A DNA stretch of 64,000 nucleotides from Octopus vulgaris (GCA_951406725.2 OX597824.1:3224001-3288000); one strand, 5' to 3'; shown: positions 41,613-56,389, numbered from the stretch's first letter. Made by a program: numbers and translations. Notes: generated from the letters alone by a model not told the origin.

Positions 41613-41651
<39 letters not shown>

Positions 41652-41676
41652 TATAGATATATAGATAGATAGATAG

Positions 41677-41712
<36 letters not shown>

Positions 41713-41757
41713 ATATGTATGTATGTATGTATGTGTGTATGTATGTATGTATGTGTG

Positions 41758-41817
<60 letters not shown>

Positions 41818-42527
41818 TGTAAAGACATCATGTGAGACGGACAGAATACGTAATTATGTGCGAGTTAATTATATCAGCTCTCTTTGACTGTATATGGTAA
41901 GATATTCTAAATGTTCTTTAGTATGAGAAAAGCATGACCTCTACGCTTTCCTTCGGCATTTTGTCTGTATTTTGATGGAGCATATGTAGTGTTTAGAAAA
42001 TATTTATTAAACTTATAATTTCTTCACACTTTGCTCTTCGAATCTACATTCATGAATTCTACAAAAGAAACATCATGTACATAAATGCGTATATATATAT
42101 ATATATATATATAAACTTATTAGCGACAGAAGCAATATTAATATCAAAAAGCAATCGTTATATCCAACTTAACGTGGATGTATTGTTAAAGTACTGAGTA
42201 CTGAGTCGTATACCTCTCATATGGGCGCATGGTGCACAAAAGCACTCGTGTTTATATCGTATGCAGCCAAATGTCACTGCCAGCCATATATGGAATTTCG
42301 GCTTCCGTTCAGACGCTAGTGTTCCAAGGAAATCTTAACATCCAATTGAACGTGTTTAGCCGAATATTGCGTTTTTTACAATGAGAGGACTTCTCATGTA
42401 GACGCTGGCTGCATAAAAGCACACATATTTATGTCACTGGCAGACGAGAATCGTCTGCTATTCGCGCCGGAATTGCCAGGTCACGTGATTTCGATGCGCC
42501 CGTTTCTTTATTGGTAAAATAAAGATG

Positions 42528-42580
<53 letters not shown>

Positions 42581-42998
42581 CATGAGCTCCATCCTGCATT
42601 CCTTACTTTCTGATATCTTCAGTCGTGTATCTCTTGCCCAGAACTGCTTTGTTGGACTTTTTTTCTTGCAGTCATCGATTTACCATTCTTCCAGATGAAT
42701 ACCAATCACTTCGATTTCCCCAGTTTCAGCATCTCATTAAGCTATTAAGCATAAGTGTGTGTGGGGGGGCATTGTTTCCGTTTCTGGACACTGGTCACTT
42801 TCGGACGTCCACGGACCGTCCACGGGCCATCCACGGCCATCCACAGGCACCGCTTCCAAACAATTTGCGTATGTGTGCTTTTCCAGATTGTCACTTAACC
42901 ATTTACTAACTTATATATCTATGTTTTGTTATATAAAATTAGTGTTAGTACATATATATGCATGTGTGTGTGCATATACATGTAAGTATGAATGACAT

Positions 42999-43030
<32 letters not shown>

Positions 43031-43149
43031 CACACATATATATATATGTGTGTGTGTGTGTGTGTATATGTAGATATATATACGTGTATGGGTGTGTACA
43101 TACATATATATAAATAAATATATGTGTGTATGTGTGTATGTATGCATGC

Positions 43150-43203
<54 letters not shown>

Positions 43204-43256
43204 ATGTATGTATGTATGTATGTATGTATGTATGTATGTATGTATGTATGAATGAA

Positions 43257-43580
43257 TGAATGAATATGGCTCTTCTGATGGTGAAGGTCGGGGCCTCAGA
43301 CCCAACCCTCACCATTCTTCGCCACACTCTGCGGTCTCAGGTCCCCCCCTCCTCCATCCAGTCTTTGATGTTATCGTCTCCTTTTTGTCTTTGTTACTCG
43401 AGAGCCCGTTTTCCGTCCACCCAACCCCTAAAGATGCGGTCACAAACGTATTAGACCCTGATAACGTGGCCAAAATATTGCAGTATTTCGCCGTTTGACC
43501 ATCGTCACAAAGTCTCGGTCCACTCCAATCTCCTTCAAGACAATATAGTTCTTGAATTAATATCATCAGCCTCGTATTTC
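43257..43580 (-). mobile_element. RTE-clade LINE 3' end
   Basis: LQYFGHVIR..IFRGWVDGKR....RQK.DDNIKDW...DRRVWRRMV followed by a (CATT)n/(CATA)n tail. Confidence 0.8.
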
Positions 43581-43589
43581 AATGACTTG

Positions 43590-44410
43590 TGATTAATATT
43601 TAAATTGTTCCTGGTTAGTATTTCAGTATTTTCATATAAATGTTTCCATGTTCTTTCATTAATATTCTGGTGTTGTACGCTAAATACTTTGATTATTTCT
43701 ATCAAATAGTTTATTATTCGGTGTTGACTATCTGGACAGCTTGAGATTAAAATACTTAGATGCTCCTTGTTAAATATTTAGACATCTACTTTTATTTAAA
43801 AGAAGATATCTAAATATTTAACAAGGAGCATCCAAGTATTAATCTCAAACTGCCCAGATAGTTAACACCGAATAATTAACTAGACAATTTGCTCTAATTG
43901 TTTAGATATTCAGAGCTTAAATATTCATGTGTTATTTGTTAAATATTTAAATACTCTATGCTGAAACTACAAGTGCTTTGCTAAATTTCACGTTAATTGT
44001 TAAATATTTAGATGGTCTTTATCAAATAATTAGAAGGTCTGTGATAGAACACAGATAATGTGGTTTTCTAAATACTCATGTTACGTATTAAATATCTTGA
44101 TAGGTTACGTTAAATATTTAGATGGTCTGTGTTGAAATCGTACGCGTGTTTTGCTAATTGCACGTTGTTAAATATTTAGATGGGCTCTGTTAAATATTTA
44201 AATAGTCTGTGTTAAACCTGTAGTTGTGATTTCCTAAATATTTACGCGTTATATTTGTTAAATATTTCGATTGCCTGTGTTGATACTCTGCATGTGAGTT
44301 GCTAATTATTCACGCGTTATTTGTGAATTATTTGGATGATCTCTGCTGAAGTTAAGAGCTTAGATTTGTCAAACATTCATGCGTTGTTTGTTTGTCAAAT
44401 ATTTTGATGT
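43590..44410 (+). repeat. Degenerate TTGTTAAATATTTAGAT minisatellite containing a 164-bp hairpin (43713-43876)
   Basis: Motif recurs many times; reverse-orientation remnants at ~45340-46120. Confidence 0.75.
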
Positions 44411-44619
44411 GCATTGTTGAATCTTTATATGTAGCATGATAAATATGTTCTTTTGGTCAATGTTTGTCAAAGAAACTTTGTTAATGCGATAGCAGAAGCA
44501 GAAGCATTGTTGTGCGACTCGCTCTGCAACCTCGTGCATTCAGGTTCAATCCCACAGCGCAGCACTGGTCTTAACTATCTTCTACTACAGCCTTGGATCG
44601 ACCAATGCTTTGTGAGTGA

Positions 44620-44676
<57 letters not shown>

Positions 44677-45134
44677 TGTGTGTGTTAGAGCGTGCCACTT
44701 TGCCTGTCACCGCTTGACAACTGGCGTTGGTTTGTTAGCGTTTCCATAATTTATCAGTTCGGCAGAATAAGTACCGAAATTTAAAAATCAATGACATATC
44801 TCTTCAAAGTGGCGTTCCAGCATGGCCACAAACCAATGGCTGAAACGAGTAAAAGAGTAACCGAGTCTGCAGTAAATATTTAATTACAGGGCAAACCCTA
44901 GTTACGCTTTTAGATATAAAAAGTGCAGCAAAAAGAAAAGACATTTTACAGGTTGACAAAATGCTTCAGCTGCAACAGCGCGGTGTGCGCCGGTCCAGAC
45001 CAGGATGCGAGCCAAAAAAAACCGATAAAGCATTTGGTTGTTGTTGTTGTTGTTGATGATGATGATGATGATGATGATGATGCGCCTCACTTCACTAGCG
45101 TCATATCAATGGCTGTGTAAAACAATTTGGGATG

Positions 45135-45307
45135 GCTTCTGCCCCTGTCTTAAAGCTTAGGCAGAGTGTGTAGTTACCCAGGGGCGTCACGGATTTAATG
45201 AGCCCAATTCTGATTTAGGTGTGCTGTGGCTTGCTGTCCAGAAATAACTACTGTATGGCTCATTGCACTGGTTTACCTAAGAGCCTTATGCTACTAAGAC
45301 ACCTCTG
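45135..45307. mobile_element. hAT-like MITE relic
   Basis: Imperfect termini tgtcttaaagcttaggc / gccttatgctactaagacacctctg. Confidence 0.4.
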
Positions 45308-45439
45308 CTTCCCTGTATATCACATCTCAACACTCAGTGTGAACTATCTAAATATCGAACAGAAAGATTAAAAAAAACAATAATTAAAACTCAATATGGA
45401 ATAAGCTATATCTAAATATCGAACGGTTCTAAAGATACA

Positions 45440-45670
45440 ATACTTGCACACATCGTTAGTGTTGTATCCAGGAGCCACTGGGTATCTGTTGTCTTACATT
45501 ATCCATCTTCATCCAGGCGAACCAACCTAGATGGATGAAGTCTAGGTTTGTTTCCAAGTTGCATTCTACTGACTCCCCACCGATCCCCTCGCTTCAGCCA
45601 GGGCCGTCTACGCAGATTCTTTCTCAGCAATCTTTACGTTGTTCTTGGTGGCGCTTTTTGCTGCTCATGC
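45440..45670 (-). mobile_element. HERO/NeSL-like RLE LINE 3' end (degraded)
   Basis: Peptide ATKNNVKIAEKESA and 3' UTR ggttcgcctgg...cctggatacaacactaacgatgtgt resemble recalled HERO-type ends. Confidence 0.45.
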
Positions 45671-45805
45671 ATAAATATTTAACAATCAGCAAGTGAATAT
45701 TTCACAGATTGCACTGGTTGTATTTTTAACCAAGCACTTCTTTTATTTGACAAATAACGTGAACATTTAACAGACTGCAACAATAAGTTTTTGTTTTTTA
45801 TCAAG

Positions 45806-45874
<69 letters not shown>

Positions 45875-46809
45875 ATACACATACACACATACACTCACAT
45901 ATACACACACACATATATTTAGCAAATAACTTGAATATTTAACATACCACATCTAAAGTTTCAACATGCTTAATATTTACTTGATATGAAATAAAATTTG
46001 CTTAATATTCAGATGTTCTTTAAATATTTAAATGCTTCATCTTTAATATAAAAAGCATTAGTGATTAAAATTTAGATAAATTGCATATATTTAGATCTTC
46101 CTAATTTTAATATATTCTTTTAAATATAATGCAACCCTGGTAGTTGTGAATACACACACACACACAACACACACACACACAAATACACACACACACGCAC
46201 ACGAACAAACATTTATAATACGTACACTACACACTTATAATGCACACAAGCGTACTATGTACACACACAAACACACAAACACACGTACAATACAAGCACA
46301 CAAGGGTACAATACATACATGTATAATGCATACACACGCACTTGCACACACACACACACACAGACGCGTAGGTATAAAAGGCAGGTCATATTATGGATTA
46401 AATCCATAAATTTTGGTCATCAATGCAATTCTTAGATAAACTGGACAGGGATAAACGTCGTCTGTCATGTCTATAGAACCGCACCGTAACAGAGGGATCG
46501 ACTAGGCTATGGTTTCCAGCATCATTGACAATCGCTTACCCCACTCTTAATCAATCACTTTCGGATTGTACTTACTAAGTTTGACACATTTTAGGTTTTT
46601 AATTATATTAATTATTTAATAAACACACTGCAGTGCATTAGAAACGCATGTACAACACACACACACACACACACATGCACTTAAACACAACCTACATGCA
46701 CATATACAGATACATGGACACCCTCAAGTAAACACGTATGTACACACACACACACACAACATATACATATACATGCACACACACACACACATGCACATAC
46801 ATGTAGCAG

Positions 46810-47230
46810 AGTAGCTTGTCTATGTCATTCTGTTGATGACAAGGGCAATTGAGAGATTCTTGATGTCTTTGATTTCCTAAATTCACATCATTGAGCCTAG
46901 TGTTTTATCCCAAACTCCATCCTGAGCTTCCATGCTCTTAATTTAACCCCATCACCTCAATAAATGTTCATCCTACCTCTCTCACTTTCTGTATCTCTCA
47001 TAAAGAACAATTATTACAACAAATGGAATCCTGTAATTGGATCCTGCCGTGTTCATGAACGTGACAACTTTTCTCATCTTGTCAACTGCCCCTCGATTAC
47101 TCTCGACTTCAATATTTCTCGGATAATGAGATAATCTTCCATTGTAAGCCCTTTCATCTGCTTTGATCTGAAGTGCTCCCAATTATCCATTAATTTGAAA
47201 TTTCAATAAGGAGTCATAAATCTACATAGA
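46810..47230 (-). mobile_element. Highly degraded L1/Tx1-like RT fragment
   Basis: Weak RT-like peptides (MEDYLIIREIL, PFVVIIVLY, QLPLS) in the expected order, with many stops. Confidence 0.35.
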
Positions 47231-47355
47231 ACAGACCCTCTCTTGTATCACTTAGCCGGAGGTTTCTTGTTTTAACACGATAATCTTCGAGAAAGTATGC
47301 TAGATCACTGGCGCCACATTGTCACTGAAGTTTTTTCCTAAAAGATTCCAGAGCA

Positions 47356-47432
47356 GTCGTTTCCAACCGTTTTATTTCATTTAGTTTTCCCACAGACCCT
47401 TTTTAATATCCTTATGTATATGGGGACCACTG
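47356..47432. mobile_element. hAT-Charlie-like internally deleted MITE
   Basis: cagtcgtttccaacc...gggaccactg termini; 8-bp TSD-like ttccagag / ttctatag. Confidence 0.5.
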
Positions 47433-47849
47433 TTCTATAGTAAAAATTCCATCTTCTACAGTAGTATGTATCAGTATGTAATTAAATGATTGGTTGACGG
47501 CGATGTCGTTACATCCTGGGACAGTTGGCCTTACGGTAAGAGTTCCGATTCTTTTTCGCTCTCATTTGAAATCTGACCAGCTCAAGCATTTCACTGATAC
47601 TTTGGATTTCATCGTTCCAGAGTCGATGGAATAAAGCACCAACCAAATATGATTTCTAAGCTAGAAACAACAACTTTTATTATTTGTTTGCTTATCAGAA
47701 AAACATTGTTTTGTAGTTTTTGCCTTCTCTCTTTACATTTTCATTTCAAATCTCGCCGACGTCAAATTTACTTTTCATATTTTCAGGATCGTTAAAATAA
47801 CGATCTAACACTCTCCCCTCAAAATTCTTGGCCCTATGTCTAAAGCAGA

Positions 47850-47907
<58 letters not shown>

Positions 47908-47908
<1 letters not shown>

Positions 47909-48110
47909 AGGCGAGTGGCAGAATTGTTAGCACGCTGGGCGAAATACTTAGCAGTATTTCGCCCAGTGCTTCGTTCTGAGTTCAAATTCCGCCGAGGTTA
48001 ACTTTGCCTTTCACCCTTTTGGAGTTGATAAATTAAATACCTATGAAACACTGGGGTCGATGTCCCCTCCTCACAAATTTTAGGTCATGTGCCTTTAGTA
48101 AAAAAGATTA
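47908..48110 (+). mobile_element. SINE family A after a (GTA)n tract
   Basis: Full head, core and (ATT)n tail. Confidence 0.85.
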
Positions 48111-49479
48111 TTATTATTGCTGTTGGTGTAGTTTCTGTTTGAGTCCATAAATTACAAAACATGCCATCAGAATTAGCTACAAGACATGTGGGGACGTACA
48201 TAAATACAAGGAAACTAAGACAGAGTGCAATGTAATACAATATAGTAAAATATGTTTAAAAATTTAGAACACAAAGCAAATAAGGTGAATCCCACCAACG
48301 GAGAATGAGAATCTATCCTCAATGTAGGATTGAGGCTCCCACAGCACCGATTCTGATCACTTACTGCAAACTACCATTAAACATTTACCATTAAACTTCT
48401 TAAGATTTGTTCAAGTCATGAGTACCCCCACATCCTTTCTGTCATCTTTCATTAGCTTTTGGTTAGATCATTGATGGGGGGGTCATCAATAGTATCTTAT
48501 TTATGGATTAGGTATATTCATCCACCCATCTCCTCCTTAACCACCATAATTCTCCACTTGTCTTCCTATAAATCATCCAATGATTTTACAAGTTCTTGGA
48601 GCTGGTTCACTCAACTGTGATGCTGAGGAACTGTGGACGAATATACACACACCTTCCCTGGTGGACGAACATACACCCTCCTGGGGCAGGGCTTCCTTTA
48701 ACCTAATTGTTTTTAATTTCGACCCATTATTTTCTCTTCTCTCAAAACTCTTTCTTTTCTCACTCTGTCTCTGACAGTTTCGGCCTTTTTCTGTTTCCTG
48801 TCCCTTCAGTCTATGAATTCTTACTAATTCTTTTTTTTTTTTTAAAGCTGCAGGATAAAAATCAGAGTTATTTTGTTTTTATTTTATTTTACTTCCAGAA
48901 TATTAGAAAGATAATGTGAGTGAGATGTGTCTGCCATCCCAAACAACCTTGTTTTGTTCGTGTGGAAAATCATTTTTGCAAAATTTGCAAAAAGACAAAA
49001 AAACACAAGTTTCCAGTTTATATGTTTTGGAAATGTTTATCCCCCTGTTACCTAACAATATTTTCCCATATTACTATAGAAAAACTTTTTCTTCTTCTTG
49101 TTTTATTTTCTGGATTCTGGAGAAGTGAAGGGAATTAAGCAGATATTGTGGGAAATATGGCTCAAGCAAATCGAATTTTCAAATTTTCTGTTACTAAAAC
49201 AGAAGAAATTCAAGTAATTTCTTTTTAATGATCAATAATCAGAATTTTATCCTTCATTTTGAGTTACATACTTTTTTTTTCAAATGTAAATAACTTATTT
49301 TGTGCTGCATGCATTTGGCACGTGATTAAATTTGAAATTTGAAATGATGTACCACAACATGTTTTTCTACACTGAGAGTTATTACAACCATCTTGTAAAC
49401 ACCTACTGTATTTTCTTTATATATGTATGTATATATGTATGTATACATGTATATGAATGTATATTTATATATATGTACG

Positions 49480-49520
<41 letters not shown>

Positions 49521-49998
49521 ATATGTATGTATATATTTATATATATACATACACACATATAAATGTGTGTAATATATATATGTGTGTTTGTATATATATA
49601 TGTGTGTGTCTATAAAAAGCGGTATTCATTAAATAATTTTACTTGGTTATATAGTTTATGTTATATAATATTCCTCATATTTTGTATTTTATTATTTCTT
49701 TTTTATTTTTATTTTATTTTTGCTGTACTATTCTTCTATTCTTTCAGATTTAGCTTTAAAATAAGTTGAAAAATATATTAATTATAATAAATATGTATTT
49801 GCGTGTGCATGTATGTGTATATGTATGTATGTATGAATATATACATACACTTATATATTATAAATCATTTCTAATATATAGACTTATATACTATCTATAT
49901 TATAATAAATTATTTTGGACAGAGGCATTTAGACTATATTTTATTTACCAGTTTACAAAACATAATATCACATTTATATTACATACACTAATACATGT

Positions 49999-50304
49999 GG
50001 AGGCACAATGGCCTAGTGGTTAGGGCAGCGGACTCGCGGTCGTAGGATCGCGGTTTCGATTCCCAGACCGGGCGTTGTGAGTGTTTATTGAGCGAAAACA
50101 CCTAAAGCTCCACGGGGCTCCAGCAGGGGGTGGTGGCGATCCCTGCTGTACTCTTTCGCCACTTTCTCTCACTCTTTCTTCTGTTGGCCTGCTCGCTTAG
50201 CCAGCGGGGTGGCGTCATTTGAAGGCTAAAACAATGCGAAGCACATTGTGACCAGCGATGTGTAACAACATCTGATAGCCTGGTCGGTCTCGGTGATCAC
50301 GGTG
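49999..50304 (+). mobile_element. SINE family C, tail type 2
   Basis: Same head as 27394; TSD acactaatac at 49985 and 50305. Confidence 0.9.
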
Positions 50305-52209
50305 ACACTAATACGTATTACACGAATATTTGGGTTTGCAGACTGCAATAAAACAATATCATATTTTAGTATTTTTTATATTTCTGCTGGTTATTCTAAA
50401 TATGGTAATTCCTGAAACTTCATGATTCACCTCTTCTTCACAGAATACACAATCTTATTCCTAGATTTTATTCACTTTTCTTTTTATTCCATTGCAGATT
50501 ATTATTAGTTTCCATGTTTGTTTTCATCAACGAAAAGAATGGAATGTTGTCCAAAATATTGGAATTCTCCTTTTCTTTCTTTCGTGGTACACAAACTGAT
50601 CGTGTTTTTACGAATTACATTATCTGTGTTTTTGGCCGTTAATTTTTTTAGATTTTAGTTCATTTTGTTAGGTTTCTTAAATTTTTGTATTAATCAGATA
50701 TGGTCAGTTTGAATATTAAATTTAAACCGGCAATATCTGGTCAAAAGTATTCTACCCATTTTATGTTCTAACTAACCTGATCAGGCCTCTCACACCTATT
50801 CTACAATATAATTCTAAAGAAAATAACATTATCATAATCTCAAAGCTATGAGATAATGCTTGATTAATTCAAACCAATGTGAATAAATAAGCTGGGTTTT
50901 TTTTTATATATATAAGAATATGTAAGAATATAAAACAAGTAATTTTTTAAATTTCTGATGAAATGGAATTGTTAATTACATTATATCTTTATTTGCGTCA
51001 TGCATTTTTAAACACCTTCTTACAATCCTTTGTTCATTTATAACTTGTTGGTATCAGCTGTGCCAGAAACATCTTGATAATTGTTACAAAATGTTTGTTC
51101 ATATTCCATAATCATGCTCCCGAAAATATTTAAAACCCAAAAAATACAAAATAAGCATCTGCATGTATAAAAGAGCTGCTATGGATAGAATTTTAGGAAA
51201 ACACTTGTGAACAAACATAAAATATTTTTTAACTTTGAGGAGATATTCCCTAAAAAGATATTTGGAAATTACATCTTTACATAATGGAAGTAATTCTGTA
51301 ATATCTATCCTTGAAAAGAAAAAAAGGAAAAAGTCTTTAGAAATAGTTAAAAGCTGCCTTTTAGAGATTCTCTACGGATCCTTCAAGAAATATATTTTGT
51401 TATTCCTTAGAAAGAAAAATTAAATTTGTTAATAATTACATAATGTGTAATTATGTAAAATTTATCTGCAACAAAAATGGAAAATGCTTCTAGAATTCGC
51501 TAAAAGTCGTTTTTTAGCAATATCTGCTGATCCTTCGAGAAATATATTTTAGCCATTATTCCACAGAATAATTATTACATTCATATGAGATAAAAATCAA
51601 GTTTATGGAAATATTATGGAGAATCATTAATATCAGAATTGGTAGCATGCTGAACAAAACGTTTGCCAAAATTGTTACACTCCTTCACATTCTGAGTTCG
51701 AATCTTGCCAATTTTGTTTTACTTCCTGCATTTCTGGGGTTTGATGTAATTGATTATACTCTCCTCACAAATATAGGAATTTATGTAATGGATTATGATA
51801 GGAAGCATCGCTATAACAGGAAGAGTATTTTGTGATGCTTAAATATATCCAGTGATGCTGAGAGTTCAAACCCCACAGAGGTCAAATTTAGTTTTCATTT
51901 TTCTATTCTTCGGCTGTTAAGATGATAAATTCTGCTCCAGTCAACTACTGAGGTCTGCACAATGAACTGTATCCCTCCTCTCCCTAATAAGGGGTCTTGT
52001 GCCAAAATAAGAAATCGTTATTAACATTATTCCAATTTCAAGAATTGTGGATTAATAGAATCCAAATCACAACAAAGAAAGACGCCTTGCAACATCTCAT
52101 CCCAGACTCACAATTCTTTATAGAGTTCCCTTTGTGTATTGAGCAGCTCAAACACCCCATTATGGTCAACTTGACTTCAATCCTTCCAAAGTCAATAAAA
52201 CATTGAAAT

Positions 52210-52462
52210 TGAAACCCTTTTACGACCAACCTGCCTGACTCCACCCTTACCACCTGTCTTTGATACAAGAATTGACCCACTGGGAAATGATATTTCAATT
52301 TTAACATTCTATCGTATGTAAAACACTTTTCATGTTCTAAAGCCACATTAACGAAGCGTTTGTTATATTACTAAACACTTTCAAATAATCGATTATTTTT
52401 TGAAAATTATTTGAAACACATGAACAGCATATTCATTTGAAATATGATTACAAAAGAGTTAA
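52210..52462. mobile_element. piggyBac-like MITE relic
   Basis: aacccttttac...acaaaagagttaa termini with TTAA at the right end. Confidence 0.45.
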
Positions 52463-52734
52463 ATTGACAAAATTCCTTCCCAAAATGTACAGCCTTCTGC
52501 TTACATTAGGAAACCATGTTATTACTATTTCATGTGCTGAAAATATGTAAAATATTACTTTTTCCTTGAGAATTGATCAGGAAGACATCCTCTAAAAGAA
52601 ATAATATTCACTTATTATTCAATTACTTTTCTGGAGGACATGAAGCAAGCAATTTTTTTAATATCTTCTTTCAATATTATATTTCCATATTTTGATGTGA
52701 CTCTTTTCTGAAGTGGTGTGTAATTGTTTGCTTG

Positions 52735-52782
<48 letters not shown>

Positions 52783-52925
52783 AATGAAACATTCAAAAAA
52801 ATAATTTAAATATTTGTTATATTTGATATAAATGTTCTATTGAAATTTTATTCAAAAATTGTTAAGTTTTATTATACAGTGTCCCATTTTTATTCTGTAC
52901 GATTTTCTCAAACACATATACACTA

Positions 52926-52979
<54 letters not shown>

Positions 52980-53078
52980 CACACATATATTCACACTCAT
53001 ACACATGCATACACACACACACATATATATATACATGTATACATGTATATATATACATATATACAAATGATCACACAC

Positions 53079-53129
<51 letters not shown>

Positions 53130-53899
53130 CAACAAATATATTCCAACCAATCCAATAGCCCGTCGTAAAGGTACGTGGCCGAGTGTTTAGGATGCTGTAC
53201 TCATGATCATAAGGTTCTGGTTTCACTTCCTGGACCGGTCGATGTATTGAGCAAACCATTTTATTTCCCCTTGCTCCGATCCACTTAGCTGGCAAAGATG
53301 AATAATCCTGTGGGAGACTGGCATCCTCTCGTCCGTGGGGGGGTATATACACAAGGGAATCTGGAAAACTGGTCTTATGAGTTAAAGGTCCTTATGAGGA
53401 CCTTTCATCTTTCGAAAACTCATTGTTCTAGGTTTCCTCTGCCTTGCAATCAGTTCCTCAGACAGAGGAAGAATGGAGGAACTGACTGCATGTCAGAGAC
53501 TCTCCAGAATTACAAACCACTGGTCTGACCAAAATAAATTATTGTACAGGCTCATTAACAGACTGACCAAAACGTTTTGTGCCATTTTCCCCATTATTTA
53601 CATTCAGGTTTCGAATTCTGCTGCAGTTGATTTCGCTTTCCATCATTTTGGTGGGGACAATGAAATAAGAACCAGTCGATTCTCCTCCCCAGAAAATTTC
53701 AGGCTTTCTACCTGATTCATACCTACACATATATATGCATATATATATACATATATATATACAAAATAAGAAAATGGAGAAATACATCTAAATCAATTAT
53801 CAATTACCAGATAATACCCAATCACATGTATTTACAACCCCTATCTCAATTTGTACATATATATATATATATATATATATACAAACATATATTCATAAA

Positions 53900-53937
<38 letters not shown>

Positions 53938-54035
53938 CATACATTCATACATATACATACATATACACACACACACACATACACACATATATATAAATAT
54001 ATATATATATGTATGTATATGTATATGTATATATA

Positions 54036-54458
54036 TGAGAAAAGATGAATAGTGATGGCTTTTGGGCGGGGCAAATAATTTTTATTTTAATAATAATGGT
54101 TACAGTTACTCTAATGAGTTTCGAGCTTTTCGATACCCATTTTCAAACCGAAATTTTGTGGTTTAAAAGGTTGCTTATATGGCAAAAGAATTTTTCTTAT
54201 AAGTATACAAATAAAAAATACAAATAGGAGATACAAAATAAAAGATAGAAAATAAAAAAATATAAAAAATCTATATATTTTTACTTTTATTTGTATATCT
54301 GTAAAAATAATTCTTTTGCTATGTTAACAACCTTTTAAACCACAAAATTTCAGTTTGAAAACGGGTATCAAAAAGCTCGAAACTCTTTAGAGTAACTGTA
54401 ACCATTATTATTAAAACAAAAATTATCCCTCCAAAAGCCATCTCCACTAATTTTTTCA
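54036..54458. mobile_element. Foldback element with ~190-bp arms in a TA-rich tract
   Basis: taataataatggttacagttactcta / tagagtaactgtaaccattattatta and gaaattttgtggtttaaaaggttg / caaccttttaaaccacaaaatttc. Confidence 0.88.
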
Positions 54459-54517
54459 AATATATTATACTGTACCAAGAACTTTTTTTATTATTCTAAT
54501 ATATATATATTCTATAT

Positions 54518-54575
<58 letters not shown>

Positions 54576-55257
54576 TGGAATATTTTAGATATAATTTTCT
54601 ATTTTTTTCATGATCACAATCATTATGTTCAAATGTGTGTAATTTTCACGATGATATTTCAAAATGCTATTTAATTTAAAAATTTTTTTTAATTGTTATT
54701 TAATTTCTAATTTCTTCAATTTTCATTGTATCAGCAGGACATTATTGTAAAATGATAAAATATAACAATCATAAATGTGACTTGTATTGAAAAAAAATTT
54801 CTATATTTTTTTCTTTTTTTTATCCCCATTTTTAGCAGATATCATTATATAAAAAACATTAAAAACATTTGAATATCACAAACTAATGTAAGATTTATTT
54901 TTCATTGAAAATACATAACCTTAAAAGAATGTTAGATGTGTAAAAACAAAAAAAAAATTGAAATTTGTTTTGTTTTCGTATTAATGCTTCTATAATTCTA
55001 AAACTGCTTCTTTTTCTTTTGGAATTGGTCATTTGATGATGACTTTTTGAAATGGAATTAATCCCATTTCATTTGAAATTATTTTACTTTCAATTAATAA
55101 CCCGAATATTGTTCATATATATATAAACTTTATTAATGGGGGAAAATGTTAACACCTATTGCTCAACTCTAAATTTATCTGAAAAATTAAAAGTCTATCA
55201 TTTACTATGTATTCATGTACATACATTACTTGATATGCAGGTACTCCCCAGCATGTG

Positions 55258-55289
<32 letters not shown>

Positions 55290-55848
55290 CACGTAGACAT
55301 ATACAAGCACGTATATATTTATATATACATACATATGATCATCATCATCATCACTTTAACACCCACTTTTCTATGTTTGCATGGGTCAGATAGAGTTTAT
55401 TCAGGAATATTTTCTACATTCTGATGCTCTCCCTGTTGCCAACCTTCACTTGTTTCCACGCCAGACAGTATTTCCTCATGACCAGACACCTTCTTGCAGA
55501 GTATTGTAAATGAATGATACCGCTTGTGTAACAATGACGATCATTTACGACTACCACATGATGTCAAGACAAGGAGAAGCAGAAACATACATACATCTAC
55601 ATGCACACACACACACATGCATATATATTATGGGCTTCTTTCAGTTTCCATCCAACAAATCTACCCACAAGGCTTTAGTCAGTCCAGAACTATAGTAGAA
55701 GACACTTGCCCAAGATGCCATGCAGTGGGACTGAACCCGGAACCATGTGGTTGAAAAGCAAGCTTCTTAACGACACAAAAGCTCTTGTACACAGCCATGC
55801 CACTCCCCCTCTCTCTCTCCCTATATATATGTGTGTGTGTGCGTGTGC

Positions 55849-55907
<59 letters not shown>

Positions 55908-56099
55908 CACTGTTTATCAATGGCTGATAACACACACAGAGAAAGATATTTCAGTTCTCTTGTAGAATGGATGTAAATATAATAAACAGTTTACTTGTCC
56001 ATTACTGCACAGTTTTACCAGCATTCATTACTCCAGTCTAGCAAAACAGTATTGAAATGGTAACTAACTTATGATACAGTCTGTTTAAACACATACATT

Positions 56100-56134
<35 letters not shown>

Positions 56135-56389
56135 TTATAATTGTAATTTTTCAATATAAATTTTTAAAAGCCCTCAATGTTTGTGTTGTACAGACGATAT
56201 ATTTGATTCATTGATTTATTTTTGTGCTAATCCAGTTCTTCAGATCTCATTTCAATAAGGAGGGTTAAATTTTTGTATATGATTTCTAACCAGAATACAT
56301 ATATACACACATATACACAAACATATACACCTATACACATATATGTATGTTTATGTATGCATGTATATCTATATTTATCTATTTATCAC

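Noticed and set aside
44951-45035. Exon-like GC-rich segment on +
   Set aside because: Weak polypyrimidine tract, poor donor, no recognisable peptide.
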